Assembly: GCA_002269645.1 (NCBI GenBank)
Contig: NIVC01000583.1
Span: 372,001 to 436,000, forward strand
Origin: Macrostomum lignano
Lineage: Eukaryota
DNA: 64,000 nucleotides
Direction of reading: 5' to 3'
In this document: positions 35,574-47,650 of the stretch, in pieces
How the letters are laid out: the number at the start of each line of letters is the position of its first letter
How positions within the stretch are numbered: the stretch's first letter is position 1
The notes under the pieces: model-generated
Databases searched by the model: none
The model's input: only the letters and a program-made list of their open reading frames with translations
What the model was told of the DNA's origin: nothing
Translations under genes and position numbers: made by a program

Positions 35574-36335
35574 ATGCAGTACAGCAGCAGTAGCAATCAG
35601 CTAAAAATCATTGGCGCAGGTGTACTGAGAACAGGAACTGTAAGCACGGCAGCAGCACTGTCACATCTATTGTCAGGCAAATGCTATCACTTGCAATTAC
35701 TGCCAAATGATAAAATGAATGCCACATTATCGATTTGGCTGAAAGCTTGCAAACGCGGCAAGCTGCTGCGCGAAGAAGCTGAAGCCATCTATTCAGGCTA
35801 CACAACTGCATTCGCATCGCCAACTTACGCATTCTACAAAGATCTCATACAATTGTATCCCGAGGCGAAAGTTGTGCTCACGCTTCGCGATCCTCAGGTT
35901 TGGGCCAAAAGCTGGAGAGCAACTGGATTTGTTGCTTTGCGCTGCATGCATGATGCTGAGCCTCTTGTGAGATGGTGGCTGCATCTGGACACTTTTGAGC
36001 AAGTGCTGATGTATGCTCAAGGCTTGCAGTTTGGTGACGACTTCCTTGAAATCGACGACGAGGAATTGGCTCGGAGATTCGAAGCGAGGAATGAGTCGGT
36101 TCACAGATCAGTTCCACCTGAACGGTTGCTGGAGTTCCATTGCTCGGACGGTTGGGAACCTCTGTGCAAGTTCCTGGGAGTTGGTGTGCCTGACTGTGAG
36201 TTCCCCAGACTCAATGATGCCCAGGAATATCATGAATTCTTGGCAAAGATTGGAGTTGCCAATAATTTGTGCAAATGTGCTTATGTTGTGGTGGTGGTTT
36301 TTGTGGCTGTTTTATGTTGCCTATTGATTTATTGA
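35574..36335 (+). CDS. P-loop sulfotransferase (Sulfotransfer_4-type; similar to the schistosome SmSULT-OR family) with C-terminal hydrophobic tail
   Basis: KIIGAGVLRTGT (5'-PAPS loop), KCYH, FYKDLIQLYPEAKVVLTLRD, VPPERLLEF..DGWEPLCKFLGVGVPD.EFPRLN; C-terminal YVVVVVFVAVLCCLLIY; ATG at 35574. Confidence 0.9.
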   Translation: MQYSSSSNQLKIIGAGVLRTGTVSTAAALSHLLSGKCYHLQLLPNDKMNATLSIWLKACKRGKLLREEAEAIYSGYTTAFASPTYAFYKDLIQLYPEAKVVLTLRDPQVWAKSWRATGFVALRCMHDAEPLVRWWLHLDTFEQVLMYAQGLQFGDDFLEIDDEELARRFEARNESVHRSVPPERLLEFHCSDGWEPLCKFLGVGVPDCEFPRLNDAQEYHEFLAKIGVANNLCKCAYVVVVVFVAVLCCLLIY

Positions 36336-37098
36336 TCGATTTATTGGTTGGTTTTCGATCCAAGTAATCATTGATGGTGATTCGGAGATTAAGAAATTCA
36401 GGTTGCAATAATATCATGGAGCAGACCTATCTGATGAAGTACATGTATGATATCATAGCTAATAGCCTTACTAAGTCTTTAAAAAGTCAGAGTAATGTAT
36501 TACAGAGTGTAACATTATTGAACAAAAAAAACGTATTTGTGTTTTATGTCAATTCGCATCACAGTGTATTTTAGTTGATTTATCTATAAATACATGAATT
36601 TTAATAACTTTAAAATCGTATGTCGAATTAACAATAAAATTCAATTGCAAACAACTTCAATTTTTCACTGGGGACTTAGGGAACGTGTCAATTTAAGGAA
36701 ATGAAAATGGAATTTCAATGACGAAATCATGGCGTACGCCGAGACTGTGCGTGACCCAATAAAGATTCAGATTGAGTGACACCGAGTTCCCTAATAATGT
36801 GACAGAGTCAATCCAGCTTGTGCAGTGACAATTGCTAGCTCTTACATTCTACGAGTACATTCAAGTCAGCTGGCAATTCTTCCTGCTGCTGATGTGATGC
36901 AGTGATTTCAAATGAAAGGTTTGCAATTGAATTTTCCTCTTTTGCGAACGTCTTAAGAAATTTCTTTGCAAAACTTTTGAATTGCCGTTGACATTCCTCG
37001 CTTTTAGAATGTGATCAATCACGTCTGCTCCTTGTCTGCGATTTGAATTTAAATTATTTATCATTTGATTTTTTAGTCTTTCTTATATGGAACATTTA

Positions 37099-37292
37099 GG
37101 GCCGTATGCAGAAAGCCTAGTCCAGACTAGCTAGTCCGGACTTGGGTAGTTCAGTCTATAGTCTATGGTCTAGCTACCCTAGTTCTGTCTATAGTAGACT
37201 GGTCTAACTTTGTGTTTCTGCATACCAAATCCAAGTCCAGACTAGCTTTTCAAGACCGGACCACCCTAGACAGAGCTTTCTGCATACGGCCC
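37099..37292. mobile_element. PIF/Harbinger-type MITE (194 bp)
   Basis: Perfect 18-bp TIR GGGCCGTATGCAGAAAGC; TTA TSD at 37096-37098 and 37293-37295. Confidence 0.93.
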
Positions 37293-37449
37293 TTATGGTC
37301 AGATTTTTAATAGATTTTACATTGATTTTTTTTTAGCTAAATACGGTTTGAATTTAATTTTGAATTATGCAAAATTGGTTGGTTCAGTTTGTATAGTTGA
37401 CGTGTTGTCTTATTTCTCACGAGGTGTTGTGTTGCAGTGTGACTTTATG

Positions 37450-37752
37450 TGATGTAATCTGATGTTGTTGCGTATATATTGTTAAAAATGAATGATCGAG
37501 GTGATCACTCAGGAATAGCCATAAAGTGCTAGCGTGAATGATGCTTGCGAGTGATATTTATATGTTGCTGCTGTGAGTATTCTTCGAGATGTAAACTCGG
37601 CAGAAAGCTAGGTTTGAGCTACATGTACATTAGTCCTAGAAAACACAGTGGCTAAAGACAAGCGAGATATTATATATATACTTGATTCATGCAGTGTACT
37701 AACATGCGAGCTAGCGAACTGATGTTATAATTTACATCACCACCCCCTCCCT
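37450..37752 (-). mobile_element. 3' LTR (37450-37739) and polypurine tract (37740-37752) of a decayed Gypsy element
   Basis: Termini TGATGTAA / TTACATCA; minus-strand PPT AGGGAGGGGGTGG directly precedes the LTR. Confidence 0.75.
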
Positions 37753-37854
37753 AAATTGAGGGTTGAAAAACAAAGGATAAAAGTAATGCAGATTTAACCA
37801 TAAAGTATACTGTTCGATTGCAAACTGGACAACAAAAAGTCATGCGGTCTCCGA

Positions 37855-38872
37855 TGATGTGTTCCTTATTACCCGAATTTCGGTAATCAAAGAACAATCA
37901 CTTCTAGCTCTTTAGCTAGGCAACCCAGTAATCGAATGAAGGTATTCAATTACCTTTAATCCGGATTCGTAGATCTCGTCCTTGAGTAGTTCTCAACTGT
38001 AGATCTCTCAGTAGATCTCGTAGACTTCTAGACGTCTTCAGGTGTCGATCAGGTCCGAGTTTCCTTTTTCTCTCCTGTAGAAGTAGTTCTGGCCGGAATC
38101 TGTCGTTCGGACCAATAGGAAGCTTCCAAATTAACAATGGGTACGCTGCGCCAAACTGCGGTTTAATATAAGCCTACTCCTTCTAGCATTGCCTCTTCGC
38201 ACTCTAGGAATAGCTCCGGAGACCACTGATAGTCTTCTAAGATCTATCAGGGGCAGTCCTTCTGGAGACTGCAACCAGTGGAGTCTAAACAGACTCAAGA
38301 GTCTCAACAGACTCAACTAGACTCAAGTCACACTTAGACTTGAGCGAGACGTCTTAACTAACAGGCGCAAATGAGTAAGGCTTACCGCAAGAACTCGACC
38401 GAGTCTTGAGTTTCTGTAGGAAGTCTGCTGCAGAGCTTCCTCTTCGGAGCTTTCTCTCTCGGAGAATTGTTGGCTCCGGGTCCATTCCGGACCACTTGTA
38501 TTTATAGGCAAATGGACCCCCATGAAGTCACGTGGGTCCAACTCTTCAACTGTCAAAAAGGTCACGGTTTGGTTGCTGTCAAACATGGCAGGTTAGAAAG
38601 TTACTCCATTGGTTTAGTGTAAAAACGCATGATTGGTTATCGCATTCGAGTTATTTTTAGTTACATTTGATTGGTTCACGTGCGTACGGCTGAATGATGC
38701 ATCTCTCCTGGGGTTTAAGTTTGACAAGTGCAGGTTACACGTGATTGGGTGATTTCTAAATTTAGCATGCTCGAGGTCTCTCTCTTCCTATTGGTTAGTC
38801 AGAATATACGTATAGTTCAAAGCATACTTTTATACATGCTCTTCAATTTACTACTAGGCAAGTAGTACATCA
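37855..38872 (-). mobile_element. Solo LTR (about 1.0 kb) inserted at the 3' end of the Gypsy integrase
   Basis: Termini TGATGT / ACATCA; minus-strand TATA box (plus TATTTATAG at 38499-38507); five CCAAT boxes (plus ATTGG at about 38608, 38632, 38670, 38744, 38790). The TSD is only partly matched. Confidence 0.65.
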
Positions 38873-40904
38873 GCCAATTTTGCGATTTTCGCGGGAGGTA
38901 GAATACTCTACACCGAGTCGTCTCAGGGATCGACGAGACGATGCCAAGCAGCCTTCGGCTCGTCCAGGTCTGCAAGCTTCGATCGTTGGCTGCGGCCGCC
39001 TGCGCATGAATGCCTTCAGCCCGTGGTTGTGCAGCATCGAGCTCCGCCTTCTGCCGGCGGGCTTGGAGGTTCGGTAGTTGACGGGTACCATCGAGCTTCT
39101 TGAAGACGCATGGTAGGGCCCCAGATGGAGCGCCTTGGACTCGCCTTTCCGCACCGCGCCGGGTTGCTGAGTTTCACCAGCTGGCCGACCTGGAACGGAA
39201 TCAAATAAGTGCTGGTGCCTGTCGTAATCCTACCTAGCTGTTTCCGCGAACGCTGAGGTTGACAGCTGCTAGGCGCTGCCACACGAGATACATATGTATG
39301 CAATCCAGTGTGTAGTGAGCGTTATAGCTACATGTACATGTAGCATGCCCGTGATGGCGCGTCCCTCGCTGGTGCATGGCGGACAGACTGAGCTCGGCAG
39401 GAACCCAAAGGTCGCGCCTGTGCAAGCACACTGCATACAGTACATGTACACGTATGGTAATTGGTTGGTTTTGCTGTGCACCGACGAGTTGTACAATGTA
39501 CGCCCAGATGAGATACGGCAACAGAAAGCCCCGCCCTCTTTGTGCTGCTCCATGGCCGCCAGCATGTCGACTGATGTTCGGTTGAACCGCTTGACCACTG
39601 GGTTGCCGCTTAGATGGAACAGGTTGTCTTGTCTTGCGAATATCGAGCAGTTGGCACAGATCCTGGAAGACTTCAATCCACTTTCAAATTGATGATGATC
39701 GACCTTGGTCGGAATTGATTATTTCAGGCGAAGAACCACACTGCGCAGCAAATTGCCTCAGCCACCTTGCGAGCCTCGATGATTTGTCACCACCGTCGCC
39801 TCGGCCCACTTTGAGACCATGTCGGTGAAGCAGATTTTGAGCTTGATTGAAGCTAGCCTCGGTCGTAGGCAAGGGGCCCCTTAGCGTCCACCTGTTCCAT
39901 CTCACACGGAACTGATGGTACGGCGTTGTCCTGCAGGTGGTGCCCTCTGGTGCTGATGTGGCACGTTACCGACGCTGACAAACTTTGCAGCTGTTTACCC
40001 AGTGCTGAACATCATCCTTCAGGCCGGGTCACCAGCAGCCACTGTTGAAAACTCTGGCCAGTGTCCTGTCGGGTCGAGGTGTCCGCTCGCCGGATCATCG
40101 TGCAGAAACCTCGATCAGAAGCTCCTGGCGGAGCTGAAACGGAATGATTGACAGGCTGGCCGCTCCTTCTAATTATGACGTCCTCGCCTAGGTCCAGCTT
40201 CTCTGCCCTTAGCATGTTCTCTGCATCCTCTGCAGCATTTGCCTCGGCGGGACTTCTGTCCGATGGAGTAGCCGAATTGTGCCGCTGCCCGCACCGGTCG
40301 TCAGCCTGCGCCTCACTGATAACGTCGTCCGACCAGACAGGTGGCAGCCAGTCACGGCTGCTCGGCTTAGCAAATCTGCCACTACGTTCTCATGATCGGG
40401 TCTGAAGAGCAGCTTAAAGTTAACCCCTTGCAGTTACGTAATCCACCTGTATGGCGAATTGGCCTTGTAATGGCTCGTGGTCGCTGAAAGGCGAGAAGTA
40501 TAAGTTTCGGAAGTGCTTAATTGCCTAAACCATTACAAAAAGCTATTCCGCTTTGACATTAACTATTCAGGACTACTAGCGACGCGTATGCTGCGGGAAA
40601 TTCAACGCCCTAGTGCAGCTGGCTGAGGACGCATGCGATGGCCACGCCGCTGCTGTCACAGCACAGGCAGAATCCCTTGGAGAGAGTCCGGCAGCTTCAG
40701 CACTGGAGGCGCCGAGAGCGCTGACTTCAGCTTCTGTAGCACTTCGCACTCCGTTTTCCACTGACGTCGAAACTGCCGCCCCTTCTGAGTCGTCTGATGA
40801 AGCGGATTTGTGATGCTTGAGCGGAGTTGGGATGGACTGGATGGCGCTGTTGCTTTTGTCCTGAGTGGGCTGAATCCCCTCGGCAGTGATTTTGTGCCCC
40901 CAGG

Positions 40905-41920
40905 TGTAGTGAGCCGCTAGTTTAGTGTTATGGCGTCCCCCTTTGTCAGAGTTGCCCTTGCCCTCGCCCTCGTCCTGGGTGCTGTCTGCCGCTGGTCAGC
41001 TTCCCGCCTCCCTCCTTTTGGCTGTCTGTTGCTGCTCCCTTCCCTCCTTCTGCCCGTGTTGCCCTTCGTTTCTCAGCCCTCAGCTTCTCTGCTGTGGGCT
41101 GTCCTTGTTTCGTCAGTCTCTGTTTCCCCTGTCATGTGAGCCAGTCACATGACAGGCCTTGCTTTGTGGAGTCTTAAAGTGCAGTAAACATGTTTACTGC
41201 ACTCGCTGGCCCTGTTTACCTGGAGAGTCACATGCTTTCGGTCCCCTCCCTTCTCTAAGGAGAGGAGTGACTCATGTTGCTAAAAATAGCAACTGAGTCA
41301 CAGCCATGTGCACTCTGCCGGGGGACCCTCAAGTGACGTCAGTTCTAAAAATAGAACAAGTCACGAGGTCTTCCGCGCGCTAGTACCCTGCCCGAGACTC
41401 TCAAGTGACGTCAGTTCTAAAAATAGAACAAGTCACGAGGTCTTGTGCGCGGGTGTTTTCCGGCTATAAATAGGACCCCTCTCCCCCTTGTTTCCGTCAA
41501 GGAGCTGCTAGTTTTCTGACTTAGTCTGTTGTTCCCCGAGTTCTAAGTTCCTGAGCTCCCGAGACTGAGTGTCCGAACGTCTGTGTGCGTTAAGTTCTCT
41601 TCTATTGGTCTGTCTGAGACCCTACTAAAGCAAACCCCAAGCCTACGAGAGGCTAACTCAGCCCTCCCATCCACCAACCAAGCCCGGCAGGTGCTGCTGA
41701 CGAGACGCCTTGTACGTTGAACTGCAAATCTGCACCCGGTGCTGAGTTCGTTGACTTCGTTATTTCGTTCCGACGGGAAGCTCACCTCACCGAGGGCCGA
41801 GACCTGAAGGAACTGGTGGCAGCACTACCTACGCTACTAAGAGTTAAGAAGGCTTCCGAGTGAGAAGACGGAGAGCCCAAATCACTGTGCTAGACAGCAG
41901 GAGAAGCAACAGGTACAACA
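40905..41920 (+). mobile_element. Solo LTR (1,016 bp) inserted into the Gypsy RT in opposite orientation
   Basis: TGTAGT...ACAACA termini; 4-bp TSD CAGG (40901-40904, 41921-41924). Removing it rejoins the RT motif EY(L)GHKIT. TATAAATA at 41465. Confidence 0.88.
41268..41472 (+). promoter_or_regulatory. LTR enhancer/promoter: AP-1/MEF2/AP-1 palindrome, two CRE-MEF2 modules and TATA box
   Basis: TGACTCA at 41268, CTAAAAATAG at 41280, TGAGTCA at 41294; TGACGTCA + CTAAAAATAG at 41334/41345 and 41406/41417; TATA at 41465. Confidence 0.65.
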
Positions 41921-43664
41921 CAGGGTATTCTCTCATATTGAAAGGAGAAGCAGCTCAATTGCGCTTGTTCAGCTTGAGGCCCGTCGACTGCAGTCTTTCG
42001 AGGACGGCCGGTTCCAAGTAGGTTTGGGCGTGTTTTTCTAACGTCTGGCTGAACCGAATCAGATTGTTCCATATACGTGAGCACTTTAGTCAAGTTCAGA
42101 CCGGCCACATCGTTAGGTCATATCAGTAGCTGCTGAAAGGTCGCTGGAGCTTTACAGAGACTCAAATCCAAGCTTCCTAGCTGTACTGCACCACGCCCTG
42201 CGTAAAGTAAGAATGCTGTTTTCTCTGGATCCTGCTGTTCGCGTAGCTAGACCTGGAGGAACCCTTTGGCAGAGATTGAGGGTGCTGCACCAACTCATCC
42301 CGTGAGTGCATCAAGAGTCCAGAGCATCAGACAAAAGGAGGGGCAGACAGAAGAGGCAATTAACCGATATGATATATCAAGGTCGCTGAAAGGAACTGGC
42401 GCTGGAGTTTTACTTTCTGTTCGGCGCCACACTGCATGGAGGACTTTCAAGTTTTGTGGCGCCTGCATGATTAGGATGAAGTAGTGTGAGGATTATGTGT
42501 GACAGCAAAAGTCATTAGGGAGATAGTATGGGAAACACGATCGATATTATCATATGTCTATTAAAGGCATGCTTGCAAGGTCCTTTAAAATTAAAGGAAC
42601 CGGTGCACTGGAATTTTACTTTCGGATTAGTCCAGTTTTGTATCAACTGGTTTGCATTTACTGCCTATGTCAAAGTCATCTGGACTTTTCGTATATTTAT
42701 TGAAAACACAGAAAATCAACATAATATCCTAATTTCCTAAACAAAGAGCTCGATCTATATGAGTACCTATCAATAGCTACTAGAGCTAAAAGAAAGCAAA
42801 GACATATCAAAATATGAAATTTGGGTCTGCCTCCAATCAAATGCAAAAACAATTTTTTGCTGAAGGAAATGAAAGCCTCGATTAATTCTCCGTAATGTAT
42901 TGTATTTTTCGGTCGGCCTCCTAAAATTTTCCAAGAAACGTAGGTTGCCCCCTCCTTGTACTTGAACAAATCTGGGCGATTACTGGCGTAAATGTAGTAT
43001 TACGATACTGCATTTTATTTTTTCGTATGGCATTTTCTTAGTGGCGCTATGAGAAATTCAATAACAATTATTAGTTTACTGCTCAAAGCTTCGCACCTTT
43101 TAAAATCATTTAGTTCTTCTTCGTATGATCTGCCAACTGTTTGAACTCTGTCTGGCCAAATTTTTCTTTTTTATTGACTAAAAGTGATTTTGTGGAAAGC
43201 TCATTTGTTTGTAAAGAAAAAATGAAATTGTGCATAAATATTAATATAGGCCTAAGCATATATAAAAATATTAAATCTACTAATATTATAGATCTAGTTA
43301 CATTGTAGCCAGGCTTATGGGATGGATAGGCCTATGGCTATGGGAAGTTATAGGCCCTAGATAGCCAGCCAGATAGGCCTATCTATAAGACTAGCTAGAG
43401 GTTCTTTAACAAAACATGGATGGTTGAATGTATATGATTACAGAATTGCCTATTTGGAATATCTACTTTCATTTGAAACTTAATAACTAAGACTCAAGAC
43501 TTAAAGAAGACTTGAAACAAGAATAAAAATGTTTTTTTGCAAATGAAAAACTTTGTAATGCAATTTGAATTTTGGCTTTGGCTAATAATAGGCCTAAGAT
43601 TTATTAAAATAAATAAAGCATTGTTTTTAGGCCTAGGCCTACTAAAATATAGATATTATATTAA

Positions 43665-44548
43665 AGTGTTGGGCACCATTAATAACTAATTAACTTTCAA
43701 GTTTCAAATAAACAAGTTAGGCCTACTTCTTTAATCTTTAGTTTTACTATGTATATCTTTTTATGTTTACTTTTAATGGTATTAGGCCCTACATGCAAGT
43801 TATTTTAATTATTTTCTATTATTTTCTTAGCCTGTAAATCATTTAGATGACCTCTGTGTTTCACTAAAAAGGTGGGAAATCAAAGACAGTGCATTATAAA
43901 GTCTGTTTTGGAAAAAAATTGCAAGATTTCTATTTTTTCTATGTTAACTTTAATGGATTAACACTTATTAATGATTATCAGAATATCAGTTAACTTTTAG
44001 TTAACTTAGGCTAATGAAACTAAGAGTTAATAAGTTAAGATTTTTTGTTTTAGTGCTAACACTTTTGCCATTAATGGAAGTTAAGATTTTCAATAATAAA
44101 ATACAAATTGGAAAGTTGTTTCAGTAGCATTAGTAGGCGTAGCAAAGTTACGAAAGATTGGGAAAGAAATAAATGAAAGCATTGATACTCATTGCACACA
44201 AGCAATTAAGTTTACAATTTTAATTCATTTTAAAGTTGTTATATTTGCATGATCATCATTATAAACAAAGAGATTAATTAGACATCTAGGTAAAGTCAAA
44301 TATATTCACAATGTTGTAACTTCTTGTCAGACTTATATTTTTGTTCTTTCTTTGCATCTTTGGTTATTGACATTGTCATTCACATTAATGATGAATTTGT
44401 CATTAACTCACAAAATTAATGTAAATTTATTAACCTATTAGTACAAAAAAATCTTAACAGTAATCCATTAATGTTAATGAAAAATCTTAACCCTTATTAA
44501 TGCTTATTAATGGATTAACACTTATTAATGGACTGGTGCCCAATACTG
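43665..44548. mobile_element. Possible hAT-like MITE within an AT-rich tract
   Basis: Inverted ends AGTGTTGGGCACCA / TGGTGCCCAATACTG and internal TTAAC/GTTAA-rich repeats. No clean 8-bp TSD. Confidence 0.45.
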
Positions 44549-45134
44549 ATTAAATATTATAATAATATTGCTATGATAGATATAGGCCTAGTTAGGCCTA
44601 TTGGTATAAAAAAATTGGTTATGGTTAAACTCTTTAGTGCATTAAAATCTTCTTTGTTATTTAATTAAGCTATTTATCTTTAAAATGTAAAGCTTAAATA
44701 AAATTTTAATAGCACAATTTGTCTATTTGATAGGTTTTTTATTGTTCTTACTTGGGCTTATAGAGTTTCATATTATAAATGTAGGTTTATTTATTTTGTA
44801 TATATATAGTGAGATTATTTTAAAATACTAGAACTTATATGTCAATTTTATATTTATGTTAATTTAAGCAGAAAGATATCTGCTTGCTATTACAAATGAT
44901 CACATTTTTATAATATAATTTTAATGTAAAATTGTTTTTTCATGCTATCTAGCCAGTACTCTAAGGCCTATATGCATATAATCAAAAATGGATTTGGAAA
45001 ATGTGGAAATGCAACCTGATTTAGATATTGTTAATACCAATGATCCAGTCTCTTCTAATAAAGAAAACATTGTAAGTGCATTAATATGCTTTTATTATTT
45101 TATGCATGCAAATTACATTAGATCATACTAAAGC

Positions 45135-46500
45135 AAGTGCAGTGTGAATGAGTCTGATGCAGCTGGGTATTTGCAGTGTGAATGACTGATGTGGCTAGGT
45201 GCAGTGTGAATGACTGATGTGGCTGGGTGCAGTGTGAATAAGTCTAATGCAGCTGGGTGCAGTGTGAATGAGTCTGATGCAGCTGGGTGCAGTGTGAATG
45301 AGTCTGATGAAGCTAGGTGCAGTGTGAATGAGTCTGATGCAGCTGGGTGCTGCGTGAATGAGTCTGAGTGAAGCTGGGTGCAGTGTGAATGAGTCTGATG
45401 CAGCTAGGTGCAGTGTGAATGAGTCTGATGCAGCTGGGTGCAGTGTGAATGAGTCTGAAGAAGCTGGGTGCAGTGTGAATGAGTCTGATGCAGCTCGGTG
45501 CAGTGTGAATGAGTCTGATGCAGCTCGGTGCTGCGTGAATGAGTCTGAGTGAAGCTGGGTGCTGCATGAATGATTCCAGATGAGTGAAGCTGGGTGCAGT
45601 GTGAATGAGTCTAATGCAGCTGGGTGCAGTGTGAATGAGTCTGATGCAGCTGGGTGCAGTGTGAATGAGTCTGATGAAGCTAGGTGCAGTGTGAATGAGT
45701 CTGATGCAGCTCGGTGCAGTGTGAATGAGTCTGATGCAGCTGGGTGCTGCGTGAATGAGTCTGAGTGAAGCTGGGTGCAGTGTGAATGAGTCTGATGCAG
45801 CTTGGTGCTGCGTGAATGAGTCTGAGTGAAGCTGGGTGCAGTGTGAATGAGTCTGAGTGAAGCTGGGTGCAGTGTGAATGAGTCTGAGTGAAGCTGGGTG
45901 CAGTGTGAATGAGTCTGATGAAGCTAGGTGCAGTGTGAATGAGTCTGATGCAGCTGGGTGCAGTGTGAATGAGTCTGATGCAGCTGGGTGCTGCGTGAAT
46001 GAGTCTGAGTGAAGCTGGGTGCAGTGTGAATGAGTCTGATGCAGCTGGGTATTTGCAGTGTGAATGACTGATGTGGCTAGGTGCAGTGTGAATGACTGAT
46101 GTGGCTGGGTGCAGTGTGAATAAGTCTAATGCAGCTGGGTGCAGTGTGAATGAGTCTGATGCAGCTGGGTGCAGTGTGAATGAGTCTGATGAAGCTAGGT
46201 GCAGTGTGAATGAGTCTGATGCAGCTGGGTGCTGCGTGAATGAGTCTGAGTGAAGCTGGGTGCAGTGTGAATGAGTCTGATGCAGCTAGGTGCAGTGTGA
46301 ATGAGTCTGATGCAGCTGGGTGCAGTGTGAATGAGTCTGAAGAAGCTGGGTGCAGTGTGAATGAGTCTGAGTGAAGCTGGGTGCAGTGTGAATGAGTCTG
46401 ATGCAGCTGGGTGCAGTGTGAATGAGTCTGAGTGAAGCTGGGTGCAGTGTGAATGAGTCTGAGTGAAGCTGGGTGCAGCGTGAATGAGTCTGAGTGAAGC
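45135..46500. repeat. 30/31-bp minisatellite (GCAGTGTGAATGAGTCTGATGCAGCTGGGT) with 882-bp higher-order duplication
   Basis: Unit read directly; the rare variant GGGTATTTGCAG occurs at 45168 and 46050. Confidence 0.95.
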
Positions 46501-46603
46501 TTATAGTTCTACCCTGGCCGCAGAAAACCTCATTAGCAACTGGGCGCTGTTTAACGCAGTCAGAAACAACGAAACGATCCCACCGCATATTTTAATTATT
46601 TAG

Positions 46604-46921
46604 CCTAGCAACGAGTCGCATGCTCCAGCTGAGCCCGAGGTCTCCGAGGCGCCACCAGAGCCCTCTCTGCCGGCCATGATAACTATTGAACCTCCGTCGC
46701 CTAGCATAGTCGAGATGAGCGACAATCCGCTGCATGCAGAAGCCAACAGCACCAAGTCGGAGTCGGTGACCGAGGCGGCCGAAAATGCCCTCGCGGCGGC
46801 GTCGTCAACGCCGACTTTGACTGTACGCGAGCGGGTGCGCGAGTTCACTAGCCGAGCTGGCGGCGGCGACCAGCCCGATGGGAACAGCCTGTCTAGCAGT
46901 CACAGCAGCATTCGGGGCGCC
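46604..46921 (+). CDS. SOWAH-like ankyrin-repeat gene, exon A (low-complexity S/E/A-rich; may have upstream exons or start at ATG 46676)
   Basis: TTTAG acceptor at 46603, GTAAGC donor at 46922, phase 0, compatible with exon B. Confidence 0.7.
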
Positions 46922-47034
46922 GTAAGCGACCTTGTCTGAATTACTACCTTTCGCTTCCCGCTTTTAAAGCCTAGTTATTTGAAATGGGCCATTAGAACCC
47001 CGTGTTCCTTTCAAGTCCTCCCCTAGTGGTTCTA

Positions 47035-47650
47035 CCACATATTCTATTCAATTCTACCGTCAGTGTCTCTTTGATCTATTCAATTCCACCGCCAGTTTCT
47101 CTTTTTGATGTATTCAATTCCACCGCCAGTGTCTCTTTGATCTATTCAATTCTACCGCCAGTGTCTCTTTGATCTATTCAATTCTACCGCCAGTGTCTCT
47201 TTGATCTATTCAATTCTATTGCCAGTGTCTCTTTGATCTATAATTCTACCGCCAGTGTCTCTTTGATCTATTCAATTCTACCGCCAGTGTCTCTTTGATC
47301 TATTCAATTCCACCACCAGTGTCTCTTTTTGATCTATTCAATTCTACCGCCAGTGTCTCTTTGATCTATTCAATTCCACCGCCAGTGTCTCTTTTTGATC
47401 TATTCAATTCCACCGCCAGTGTCTCTTTGATCTATTCAATTCCACCGCCAGTGTCTCTTTGATCTATTCAATTCTATTGCCAGTGTCTCTTTGATCTATA
47501 ATTCTACCGCCAGTGTCTCTTTGATCTATTCAACTCTACCGCCAGTGTCTCTTTGATCTATTCAATTCCACCGTCAGTGTCTCTTTTTGATCTATTCAAT
47601 TCCACCGCCAGTGTCTCTTTAATCTATTTAATTTTACCGACAGTGTCTCT
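47035..47650. repeat. 32-bp intronic minisatellite (GTGTCTCTTTGATCTATTCAATTCTACCGCCA)
   Basis: Period 32 counted. Confidence 0.93.

Larger units (their letters stand above)
37790..42480 (-). pseudogene. Decayed Ty3/Gypsy pol (RT - RNase H - integrase), interrupted by two solo LTRs and 5'-truncated
   Basis: Minus-strand remnants with many stops and frameshifts. RT: AKGFLQV..EKTAF..CKAPATFQ, GLKLN, Y.GHKITAEGIQP. RNase H: CDSSGVAIACVLSQ, AIKHFR..SDHEPL. Integrase: PEIINSDQG, GNPVVKRFNRT, YNSSVHS. The RT-RH-IN order is Gypsy-type. Confidence 0.88.

Noticed and set aside
44988-45072. Small exon MDLENVEMQPDLDIVNTNDPVSSNKENI|GTAAGT
   Set aside because: It lies in an AT-rich, probably transposon-derived tract, and no downstream exon could be linked with confidence.
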